Source: a virus
Taxonomy: Duplodnaviria > Heunggongvirae > Uroviricota > Caudoviricetes
DNA: 39,562 nucleotides
Strand: one strand, 5' to 3'
IMG/VR virus record: IMGVR_UViG_2690316243_000006
The stretch's first letter is position 1; each line of letters begins with the position of its first letter. The notes under the pieces are model-generated. The model was not told the origin of the DNA. It saw only the letters and a program-made list of their open reading frames with translations, and did not search any database. A program made the position numbers and the translations under genes. This document shows positions 27,753-35,173 of the stretch, one piece after another.

Positions 27753-28124
27753 TTACTTCGTCTTTCCTGCCGGAACAGCAGTCGTTCCGGCCATATCAGT
27801 AAATTCATGCTGTCGCTGTGTCTCCAGACGGCGGATGCTGGCCTTGTCCACGTTGCAGTTTTTAATCACCGCCAGCAGTTGCAGGTTGTAAGTGACCGAT
27901 GCACCAAACGTGAACGGCTGCGGCGCGGGAGGGACCAGGCAGTCAGCCAGCCATTCAGCGGGGATCGGCACCGGCGGCACAGGGACGAATTTCACAGACG
28001 GCCCGCCGCACCCGGTCAGCCACATCATCAGACACAGGCACAGCGGCAGCAGGCACCGTTGCCAGTGACCGGCGGACAATGCTCTGCTGTTCCTCGCTGT
28101 GCTGCATGTTCTGCTGTTTTTCAT
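27753..28124 (-). CDS. Outer-membrane spanin (o-spanin) lipoprotein candidate, overlapping the i-spanin in another frame
   Basis: Lipoprotein signal LLPLCLCLMMWLTGC (lipobox LTGC), proline-rich mature part; start position approximate. Confidence 0.45.
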   Translation of the reverse strand: MKNSRTCSTARNSRALSAGHWQRCLLPLCLCLMMWLTGCGGPSVKFVPVPPVPIPAEWLADCLVPPAPQPFTFGASVTYNLQLLAVIKNCNVDKASIRRLETQRQHEFTDMAGTTAVPAGKTK

Positions 28125-28476
28125 TCGTGGCCGCCTTGCTGATTTGTGAAATGAGTTGCAGGGTGCGTTGCTGGTTTGCCAGCACCAGACGGGCTTCGTC
28201 CCGTTCACGCACAAGCACATGATTATTGTCCTCAAGGCGCTGCGTCTTCTGGTGCATTCCCCATACCACGGCAGCCAGCACGCTCATCACCCCCAGCGCC
28301 GCCATACAGCCTCCGGCAATCAGGGCCGGTAAGGGATTGTTCACCGCAGACACAGCACACCCCGCAGCAGCACAACGGCACACAGCAGCGCAATCATGAG
28401 CGGTCGCCAGAAGCGGTTCAGACTTTCGGCAAATCGTAACGACATAACCATTCATCCGCCGAACGGCGGGCCTCAA
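27955..28476 (-). CDS. Inner-membrane spanin (i-spanin) candidate (start uncertain)
   Basis: Hydrophobic segment LPALIAGGCMAALGVMSVLAAVVWGM followed by a charged coiled-coil-like region; immediately downstream of the lysozyme gene. Confidence 0.5.
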   Translation of the reverse strand: MRPAVRRMNGYVVTICRKSEPLLATAHDCAAVCRCAAAGCAVSAVNNPLPALIAGGCMAALGVMSVLAAVVWGMHQKTQRLEDNNHVLVRERDEARLVLANQQRTLQLISQISKAATNEKQQNMQHSEEQQSIVRRSLATVPAAAVPVSDDVADRVRRAVCEIRPCAAGADPR

Positions 28477-28918
28477 GACCGGGGAGTTTTACCCCCTTTG
28501 AATAAATCCAGCGGATATACTGCTTACAGGACGCGGGCATCTGCCCGGCATTGATAAGGCGCAGGAGCGTGGAGTTGCGAAAGTTCGTTTCACCGGCCCA
28601 GAAAATCCAGGAGGCCAGCGCCACCGTCTGACCACGGGTAAGCGGCACCTGAACATGACGATCGATAGCCGCAAAGGCCCATTTCATGTCCTTTTCCAGC
28701 AGCTCCAGACACTCTTCATCAGTTTTTGTCATCCCCGGTTTCACATCCGGGCCGGTATGGCCGTAACAGATGGTGGGGGTGCCGGTGGGATCAATGTACG
28801 TGGTGTTTTCTTTCCCTTCCCAGTAGCCGGTGTAGTGCGTGGCAATGGTGAACGTCCCGGCTCCGGCCAGAACAAGGGCAATCAGCTTTTTACGCAGGGG
28901 TGCGGGGAGTTTTGGCAT
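28418..28918 (-). CDS. Endolysin (lysozyme) with N-terminal signal-anchor-release-like segment
   Basis: N-terminus KKLIALVLAGAGTFTIA followed by TICYGHTGPD, similar in architecture to Mu gp22. Confidence 0.8.
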   Translation of the reverse strand: MPKLPAPLRKKLIALVLAGAGTFTIATHYTGYWEGKENTTYIDPTGTPTICYGHTGPDVKPGMTKTDEECLELLEKDMKWAFAAIDRHVQVPLTRGQTVALASWIFWAGETNFRNSTLLRLINAGQMPASCKQYIRWIYSKGVKLPGLEARRSADEWLCRYDLPKV

Positions 28919-28989
28919 TGTTACGCTGTCTCATGGTGTTCTCTGAGTCAGCGTAACCGTGAGGAAAAGGGGGCAGGATTTGCGGAATA

Positions 28990-29412
28990 TCAGAAAAGCC
29001 GGGGCTGCGTGCGCTCCTGATGCAGGCGACGCTGGTTGCGGATAACGGAGTAAATCTGCGTCTCTGACATCTGGTAGTGGCGGCGCAGGGTTTCAATTTT
29101 TTCGCCCTGGCTCCAGCGGGAAAAAATTTCATTATTGCGCAGTTCGGTGAAAAGGGATTCACCGACCGGGAGATAATAACCACGCCCGCCCATGTACCCG
29201 GCCTGTGCGGCTGCAACCTTACGGGCAAGCATTCCCGCCTGAGCAGGTTCAATCCCCTGACGGTGCAGTTCAGCACTGATCACATCAACCAGGTCCCGCA
29301 GCGTGCCGGGCCAGTTCTTTTTCAGCTCATCATCAGGAATATCATCCAGACGGTCAATCAGCGCGTGCAGCTGTTCGCTGTCACCAAACATGCTCATCTG
29401 TGTTTCAGCCAT
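28990..29412 (-). CDS. Mor/C-family transcription activator (likely the late-gene activator by position upstream of lys)
   Basis: 140 aa; C-terminal HTH ...IETLRRHYQMSETQIYSVIRNQRRL resembles Mor/C. Confidence 0.7.
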   Translation of the reverse strand: MAETQMSMFGDSEQLHALIDRLDDIPDDELKKNWPGTLRDLVDVISAELHRQGIEPAQAGMLARKVAAAQAGYMGGRGYYLPVGESLFTELRNNEIFSRWSQGEKIETLRRHYQMSETQIYSVIRNQRRLHQERTQPRLF

Positions 29413-29443
29413 ACCCGCCTCCGGTCATCATTACACAGGGCAA

Positions 29444-29476
29444 GTTTAAAATAAAAATCCCGCGCTGTGGCGGGAT
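29444..29476 (-). terminator. Intrinsic terminator immediately after gemA
   Basis: Minus-strand hairpin ATCCCGC/GCGGGAT followed by UUUUUAUUUUAAAC. Confidence 0.55.
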
Positions 29477-29482
29477 TTGGGG

Positions 29483-29995
29483 TTAACGGGGGAATGATTT
29501 TTCATACAGCCTGCAAACACGCTCATAACTCATCACTGCACGTTCCGACATATCCAGGGCTGCCAGCATTTTGCGGCGGTGCCAGCGTTTGAGACGCTCC
29601 AGCACATCAGAGGCCAGCGCGGGTTGTTGCTCCAGCCACTGCCAGTTAGCCACACCTTCGCCGTCGTTCTGCGCGGCCGTCTGCGATTTCACCCAGCGGT
29701 TAAGGGCCGTTTCCCCGCCATCAGAGATAAATCCCTGCCGGTGCATCACTTTCCAGATGGCGCGAATTTTGGCGGTCACCGTACCCGGTTTTAAGGCCCG
29801 GTTAACCGGCTTCTGACGCACTTTAAAACCGCGTTTTTTGAAAACATCCAGCACGCGGGATAACTCACCGGGTGACATATCACGGCAACTGGATTTGCCG
29901 GTGGCTGCCAGCAGCGCGGATGTATAGGTATCATGGTCAAGCTGTAGATCGCGTTTTGCGACATGTATTAAGGTAATCAGGGAAGCGCGATTCAT
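29483..29995 (-). CDS. gemA: GemA-like protein (Mu gp16 family)
   Basis: MNRASLITLIHVAKRDLQLDHDTYTSALLAATGKSSCRDMSPGELSRVLDVFKKRGF matches my recollection of the gp16 family N-terminus. Confidence 0.65.
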   Translation of the reverse strand: MNRASLITLIHVAKRDLQLDHDTYTSALLAATGKSSCRDMSPGELSRVLDVFKKRGFKVRQKPVNRALKPGTVTAKIRAIWKVMHRQGFISDGGETALNRWVKSQTAAQNDGEGVANWQWLEQQPALASDVLERLKRWHRRKMLAALDMSERAVMSYERVCRLYEKSFPR

Positions 29996-30011
29996 TATCG
30001 TGGCTCCATAA

Positions 30012-30037
30012 AAAATGGGCGGTGTTACCGCACCGCC
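30012..30037 (-). terminator. Intrinsic terminator or attenuator just upstream of gemA
   Basis: Minus-strand hairpin GGCGGTG/CACCGCC (30018-30037) followed by CAUUUUUUAU, ending about 15 nt before the gemA RBS. Confidence 0.5.
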
Positions 30038-30065
30038 ATGTCAATTAACATAAAAGGAAAAATCT

Positions 30066-30305
30066 ATGTCAGATATAAAAAATGCACTTGATGTTGCCGC
30101 ATTCACAATGGCTGGAAATCTTATGGTAACCCTGTTCGATAAGGGGCTGATTTCCCGTGAGGAGGCAATACATATTATCAATCTCGCTCAAAAAAACTCT
30201 ACCCCGGAAAATGCAGAAGATATCCAGGATGGCTCATATATTAATACCGACTGGCATTTCGACAATCTCCGGGCCTGTATGGGGATTACCGCTGAAAAAG
30301 ATTAA
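30066..30305 (+). CDS. Hypothetical protein (79 aa) on the opposite strand to the early operon
   Basis: AAGGA RBS 8 nt before the ATG; AT-rich island; 3' end overlaps the convergent minus-strand ORF by 20 nt. Confidence 0.4.
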   Translation: MSDIKNALDVAAFTMAGNLMVTLFDKGLISREEAIHIINLAQKNSTPENAEDIQDGSYINTDWHFDNLRACMGITAEKD

Positions 30306-30571
30306 AAATTTTTGCATAATGTTCAGATGTAAGAATTGCTGAACCATCAACACCGAGCCTGCGGCGAACGTATTCCTCGCGGGCTATTTTATTATCCAGA
30401 GATACAGCATCCTTAATCAGGTTAATCTCCCGCTCCATTATCAAAAGGGCTTCTCTGGCTGCAAGATTTTCTTTTATCGCATATTCGATAATGTCCCGCA
30501 TACGTTCAAGCATGCCGATTTTAGCCAGTTCTTCGTCGATAGATTTAGGCGCAAATTTGATTTCTTTTTCC
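30286..30571 (-). CDS. Hypothetical charged helical protein (about 95 aa; start taken at MEKEIK)
   Basis: Start overlaps the stop of the upstream zinc-ribbon ORF; Glu/Lys/Arg-rich. Confidence 0.45.
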
Positions 30572-30574
30572 ATA

Positions 30575-30718
30575 TTATTCATCCTCACAATTTATACATG
30601 CAGTGTCGTCGCCCATATCGCAGTGGTTACATTTTATCTCACCACAATGTGGGCACTCTTTCAGATACTCCGGGTCCTCATTTCCACAGGTGGGACATTC
30701 AACAATTTGCTCATCCAT
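30575..30718 (-). CDS. Small zinc-ribbon protein (47 aa, four CxxC motifs)
   Basis: MDEQIVECPTCGNEDPEYLKECPHCGEIKCNHCDMGDDTACINCEDE; ATG 2 nt after the stop of the upstream gene; not in the supplied ORF track (under 60 aa). Confidence 0.45.
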   Translation of the reverse strand: MDEQIVECPTCGNEDPEYLKECPHCGEIKCNHCDMGDDTACINCEDE

Positions 30719-31043
30719 TATGTATCCCCTGTAATTCCGGCAAGGCCGAAAGATGGCACCAGTGCGTCACCTGTCCGTCCTCATCTTCAAGGCAGGCTCC
30801 GGTTTCTTCATCAATAAAAAAGCCTTCATACCCCATATGGCCGATGCGCAGTTCCTGTTGGTCACCATACTGAACAATCAGCACGACAGCCTCCATATCA
30901 GGCGGAAATGCGTCATCCAGTGAATGCCAGGGATAACCGCGCAAATCCCCGAAATAAACGCCGGTCAGCGTTCCGCCACAGAGCGGCATTCCGGCGGCAC
31001 ACACAAGAGGTTCATCTGATTCAACAAATAAGGTCGTTATCAT
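30711..31043 (-). CDS. Hypothetical strongly acidic protein (110 aa)
   Basis: About 19 Asp/Glu against very few basic residues; early-region position. Confidence 0.5.
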   Translation of the reverse strand: MITTLFVESDEPLVCAAGMPLCGGTLTGVYFGDLRGYPWHSLDDAFPPDMEAVVLIVQYGDQQELRIGHMGYEGFFIDEETGACLEDEDGQVTHWCHLSALPELQGIHNG

Positions 31044-31591
31044 GGCGTTAACTCCCGTAATACAGCGTCCTCGGCAGTCCGGCGACGGTAATAAACTGCG
31101 TGAGCAGAATGTTCAGATATTCCAAACTTTTCGCCAATTTCCCGGAATGACAGACGGCGTGGGTAATCGGAATCACGCAGCGCACGTATAAGACGTACAT
31201 CATCATCAGATATGCGCGTGCCGGGGCGTAACTCTCCGCACTTTGTTAATCCAGCACCAATCATTCCTGCCCGACATCTGACAGAATCTTTATTACGTCC
31301 GAGATATTCTCCCATTTGCTGGCAGGTCATTGTTCTGGCATTTTTTCGAATAAACTTATCTTCATCAGGTGTAAATCTTGGGTGTTTATATTTCAGTAAC
31401 TCCGGGTATGAACTGCGCAATACACCAGTCCGGTTATATACAGCCCAGACAGTTCTTTTTATTCTGGCAGCAATATCCTTAACCGGGGTGGATGAATAAA
31501 GCGCAATCAGCAGCGCATCTTCTTCAGGTGTCCACGGACGGACATGAGCGGGGGCGCGACCTTTTAGTCCCATGGGTTGTAATTTCATCAT
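31040..31591 (-). CDS. Putative DNA-binding protein with Myb/SANT-like N-terminal motifs and a C-terminal HTH
   Basis: RPWTPEEDALLIALY and FTPDEDKFIRKN motifs; C-terminal FREIGEKFGISEHSAHAVYYRRR resembles Mor/C or sigma region-4 HTH. Confidence 0.55.
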   Translation of the reverse strand: MMKLQPMGLKGRAPAHVRPWTPEEDALLIALYSSTPVKDIAARIKRTVWAVYNRTGVLRSSYPELLKYKHPRFTPDEDKFIRKNARTMTCQQMGEYLGRNKDSVRCRAGMIGAGLTKCGELRPGTRISDDDVRLIRALRDSDYPRRLSFREIGEKFGISEHSAHAVYYRRRTAEDAVLRELTP

Positions 31592-31594
31592 GCA

Positions 31595-32110
31595 TCACCC
31601 CCTGACTCGCTTTTCAGCAGCATAAAACTCATCAGACAGTATTTCGGTCATTTTCTGTTTTGCGGGTTTTACGCCGCACTGAAGGTAAATCACATCGTCA
31701 ACGCAGAACCACTTCACAGGGCCAAACAGGATTGCCGAGAAATCAATACCCAGCCAGAACAACAGCGCATCGGTTCTGGCATACGTGACGGGCGAATATT
31801 CACGCCACAGACTGTTCAGTTCATCAGAGGCAACACGCAGGGTTTTAGGGATACGTGATGTGCGCGGTGTGCAGCTCCAGCCATTCGACGCAGTCGGTTT
31901 TCGCCATAAGTCGCGATGAAAAGGATATTTGTCCTCCGTAAAACGCAGTCCCTTAAAGCAAAATCCACTGATACCGGATACAAATACCGACCGGCACGCA
32001 ACATTCAGCACGGCCTCAAGGCGTTTTGCCTCATCCTTAACTTTCTGGCAGTCCTGCTGGTATTTTTGCCACGCAGCCAGCGCGGAAGGGTTTGATGTTT
32101 TAAAGAACAT
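31595..32110 (-). CDS. Hypothetical protein (171 aa)
   Basis: Tightly packed in the early operon; no recognisable motif. Confidence 0.5.
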   Translation of the reverse strand: MFFKTSNPSALAAWQKYQQDCQKVKDEAKRLEAVLNVACRSVFVSGISGFCFKGLRFTEDKYPFHRDLWRKPTASNGWSCTPRTSRIPKTLRVASDELNSLWREYSPVTYARTDALLFWLGIDFSAILFGPVKWFCVDDVIYLQCGVKPAKQKMTEILSDEFYAAEKRVRG

Positions 32111-32643
32111 TACGCCACCTCCGCAGATATCCCTGCCGATGCCGCTGTCCGGTCAATAATCAGGTAACGCAGAACGCGCCCGGTGATGTTCCAGCCGCTT
32201 AAGCCGCAGATAATGACGCCCAGGCGAATGTCGATATACGCCATCACAAACTGGGGCACGCCTTCTTTCATGGCCTGCTCATCAACTTCAGCCACCACAT
32301 AAACGGTTTCGCAGGTCAGTACTCCCTGAGCAAATTCCCACGCCATCGACGGAATATCATGCCCCTCAATCCACGGCAGGGATTTTCTGAAGCTGCACCA
32401 CTGAACATCATCAGCCGCACCTTCCTGGCTGCATTTGCGACGAACCGCCTGCACCGGGCGGGGACGCGGAATATCATAAAAACCGTTACGGTCCGTCAGC
32501 ACCCCGGCATCGACCGCATCACGCAGAAAATAAACCATGGAGGATAGCGGCATATTCATTTTTTCTGCCAGAGAACGACTGGTCAGACGGCCAGAAAAAC
32601 GCAGCCAGCTTTTAACCCCTTCAAGCACTTTTGCATCAATCAT
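32110..32643 (-). CDS. Hypothetical protein (177 aa) with a possible N-terminal winged helix
   Basis: LTSRSLAEKMNMPLSSMVYFLRDAVDAGVL is HTH-like; stop/start overlap with the neighbouring gene. Confidence 0.5.
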   Translation of the reverse strand: MIDAKVLEGVKSWLRFSGRLTSRSLAEKMNMPLSSMVYFLRDAVDAGVLTDRNGFYDIPRPRPVQAVRRKCSQEGAADDVQWCSFRKSLPWIEGHDIPSMAWEFAQGVLTCETVYVVAEVDEQAMKEGVPQFVMAYIDIRLGVIICGLSGWNITGRVLRYLIIDRTAASAGISAEVA

Positions 32644-32646
32644 GAA

Positions 32647-33189
32647 TTATTCCTCCGTCAGCGCCACATATTCAGAATGTTTAATTTCCTGGCATTCTTC
32701 AGGAATACCCCCTTTTATTTCCCTGCCATAAGCGCCTACTTTAAACACCACGCACAGGGCATCACGGGAGAGCGACGGGGTCCACCAGGAGTCCGTGTTA
32801 AACATGGAGGGGATTCTCATTACCCCCAGCTTTTCACAGAGCCAGACAAGGAAATCAGGACGCTTTCTTAACTCACGTTCAGCGGTTTCAATCATTGCGG
32901 CAATCGCCGGACCTTCAGGGCATGACTCATCAGGTCTGGCAATAAAGCACGGTCCGTCCCCGATAAAAGCCACATCATCGCGCTTACGCCAGCCCGCAGG
33001 CAGAGAACCAGAAAAATAAAACTCACTGATTACGTCCATGGCGAACGGCTTTAAGCGCAATCCGGCAGCGCCTGTATTTTTCAGTAATGCCCGAAGAATA
33101 CTGTTGCGTAGCGGTAAAACATCCCGCTGATATTCGGTTAAATATTTATTTGTGTACACTATGTCTAATTTGAAATAAAAATATGCCAT
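32647..33189 (-). CDS. Hypothetical protein (180 aa)
   Basis: ORF downstream of gam; no recognisable motif. Confidence 0.5.
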   Translation of the reverse strand: MAYFYFKLDIVYTNKYLTEYQRDVLPLRNSILRALLKNTGAAGLRLKPFAMDVISEFYFSGSLPAGWRKRDDVAFIGDGPCFIARPDESCPEGPAIAAMIETAERELRKRPDFLVWLCEKLGVMRIPSMFNTDSWWTPSLSRDALCVVFKVGAYGREIKGGIPEECQEIKHSEYVALTEE

Positions 33190-33286
33190 ATTTCCTGTTC
33201 CTTATTTTCAGTTTACAGGCGCAGGCAGTCCCCTGACGCGAGCGCCATAATTAACACGATGTGATATTTAAAGATTTAATGCGGTG

Positions 33287-33817
33287 TTATTTATTCAGTC
33301 CGGCGTCCTGTTCAAAAGGCTCGACATAAAAACTTTCAGCGCCTTTATTCACCTTTATACCGGCAATGCCCTTCACCGCATCTGGCTCCGCCAGGACAGC
33401 TTGCTTATTCACTTCCTCTTTCGTGCGGATGAAGCGCTCAAGGCCCATACGGCGCAGCATTTCAATCACGCCTTCCACATCACGGCTGACGCTGCATGAT
33501 GGCGTTCCCAGCCGCCATGACACCGTTCCGGTGGTCAGATTGGCTGTTTTGGTTTCGCCGCCGTTCGTCAGCTCATTGCGGTTGGTTTTACACCAGTCAT
33601 GAATCCCCTTAAAAAGCACTTTGATTTCTTTTTTAAGGTTTTCAATCTGCGGCGTATAACGGGCGGTGATTTCTGCCACTTCGTCATTCATCGCCGTTTC
33701 CAGGCGTAGTGCCTCACGCTGCATATCCCCAAAGCGTCGGATATCGCGGCTGACCTCTTCACGGGTCTGCGGTGCTGCCTCGGCTGCGGCCTTTAATTTT
33801 GTAACGCGTTTAGCCAT
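33287..33817 (-). CDS. gam: Host-nuclease inhibitor Gam (Ku-like DNA-end-binding protein)
   Basis: MAKRVTKLKAAAEAAPQTREEVSRDIRRFGDMQREALRLETAMNDEVAEITARY...TANLTTGTVSWR...RFIRTKEEVNKQAVLAEP closely resembles Mu Gam; 176 aa. Confidence 0.85.
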   Translation of the reverse strand: MAKRVTKLKAAAEAAPQTREEVSRDIRRFGDMQREALRLETAMNDEVAEITARYTPQIENLKKEIKVLFKGIHDWCKTNRNELTNGGETKTANLTTGTVSWRLGTPSCSVSRDVEGVIEMLRRMGLERFIRTKEEVNKQAVLAEPDAVKGIAGIKVNKGAESFYVEPFEQDAGLNK

Positions 33818-33828
33818 TTTGTTTTTCC

Positions 33829-34122
33829 TTATTGCAGTGTGCCTGATGCTTTATGCACGCGGTGGCGTTTAATGATGGCATCCGCCCCAAAAGCCTGTAC
33901 AGATGCCTGAAATTCCGCTGAGAGAAACTGAATAATTTCAGGACTGTGATACTGGAGAATACTTGCATAAACGTCACAGAGTGACGTCGGCCTGTTATCC
34001 GTATCACGTTCTGTTTTTACATCCACACCAATCTTTTCATGCACTTCAACACTGTCATTGCCTGCCGGTTTTTCGTCATGCGAAACATGCTCAAATTCAA
34101 AAATAACGCGTACTTTGCTCAT
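33829..34122 (-). CDS. Small hypothetical protein (start taken at MSKVRVIFEF); paralogue of the next gene
   Basis: Shares the MSKV-R-IFE N-terminus and overall pattern with the 34127-34399 product. Confidence 0.45.
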   Translation of the reverse strand: MSKVRVIFEFEHVSHDEKPAGNDSVEVHEKIGVDVKTERDTDNRPTSLCDVYASILQYHSPEIIQFLSAEFQASVQAFGADAIIKRHRVHKASGTLQ

Positions 34123-34126
34123 GGAA

Positions 34127-34399
34127 TTACCCCTGCTGATTAAATTCATTACCGTTAATAACCCCGGAAGCCATGCCCCTGTCTTTCATGAATGCACTGG
34201 CTTTCATTGCCACAAGCTCTGCGAAGTTTCTGCTTTCTGCCAGCATAACCACCCCAAAAATCATGGCGGGGCTATCATTTTTCTGCTTTATTCCGGTTGA
34301 ACGTATATCCAGACTTACCCCCATGTGCACTGTTCCATCAGCGTTTTTACGGATAACGTCCTCCTTGTATTCGAAAATAATGCGCACGACTTTACTCAT
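34127..34399 (-). CDS. Small hypothetical protein (90 aa); paralogue of the previous gene
   Basis: MSKVVRIIFEYKEDVIRK... versus MSKVRVIFEFEHVSHDEK... Confidence 0.45.
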   Translation of the reverse strand: MSKVVRIIFEYKEDVIRKNADGTVHMGVSLDIRSTGIKQKNDSPAMIFGVVMLAESRNFAELVAMKASAFMKDRGMASGVINGNEFNQQG

Positions 34400-34677
34400 C
34401 CTCTGGCCCTCGTTCTGTTTGGATAACTGACCCGGCGTCTGACCTCACGGCAGAACTGAACCATGGCATTAAAGGCTTCTTCTTCCGTCACCGCTTCCGG
34501 TATTCCAGGAACCAGTAGCTGTTCCTGTTCATCGCGTCCATGACGCGCCACAACATCAATCACATGCCGTACCGTGGCGGGCTTTCCGGCAACTATCGGC
34601 AATGCACCTTCCGGCAGGACGTAACCAAACTCAATAAGACCACTCGACCACGCCCATGCAATGAGATTTTTTTTCAC
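34396..34677 (-). CDS. Hypothetical protein (93 aa)
   Basis: Early-operon ORF with overlapping stop/start. Confidence 0.45.
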   Translation of the reverse strand: MKKNLIAWAWSSGLIEFGYVLPEGALPIVAGKPATVRHVIDVVARHGRDEQEQLLVPGIPEAVTEEEAFNAMVQFCREVRRRVSYPNRTRARG

Positions 34678-34678
34678 C

Positions 34679-34945
34679 TCACACCTCCCAGTAAACCGTG
34701 CAGCCGCTGATGCGGGTGGCCTTCACACGGCGGCGCAGGCCGTTGGTCTGTATGGTGATTTCAATTTCACCGGTTCCCTGCACGTTGCCTACCGGCGGCG
34801 TGGTTTTCAGTGCAAAACGTTGCGGATAGCGCTTACTGCGTTCCAGTACCGCACCGGCAAGTTCGGTCAGACGGCGCGCGCTGTTCAGGGAGTCGAATAA
34901 ATTCATTTTGTTACCGCAGGATTGCATATTCATATAACACCTCAT
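34679..34945 (-). CDS. Hypothetical protein (88 aa)
   Basis: Early-operon ORF. Confidence 0.4.
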   Translation of the reverse strand: MRCYMNMQSCGNKMNLFDSLNSARRLTELAGAVLERSKRYPQRFALKTTPPVGNVQGTGEIEITIQTNGLRRRVKATRISGCTVYWEV

Positions 34946-35173
34946 TTAGCTGACTTGTTTCGCACCAACAGAACGGCATATTCCGCTGTAAACTTCTGTC
35001 GCACCTTCGCGATCAAGTCCGGCAGATATCACCATTCGTGTGCGGTCATTAAATTCAAAAAGTAAATCGCCACATGCTTTATTTTCGGCCAGTGAAATCA
35101 CCTTCACGTTATCGAAATTAACCAGGTAAAAGCGTCCGTAAATATCAGGAATATTAAATACCGCCATAATCAC
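34946..35173 (-). CDS. Small protein at the Mu kil position (75 aa); function not established
   Basis: Immediately downstream of the B-like gene, where Mu carries kil; size and position only. Confidence 0.35.
   Translation of the reverse strand: MIMAVFNIPDIYGRFYLVNFDNVKVISLAENKACGDLLFEFNDRTRMVISAGLDREGATEVYSGICRSVGAKQVS

Noticed and set aside
27223-28918. A classical holin in the lysis region
   Set aside because: No small protein with two or three transmembrane helices is present near the lysozyme; only single-pass membrane proteins and spanins.
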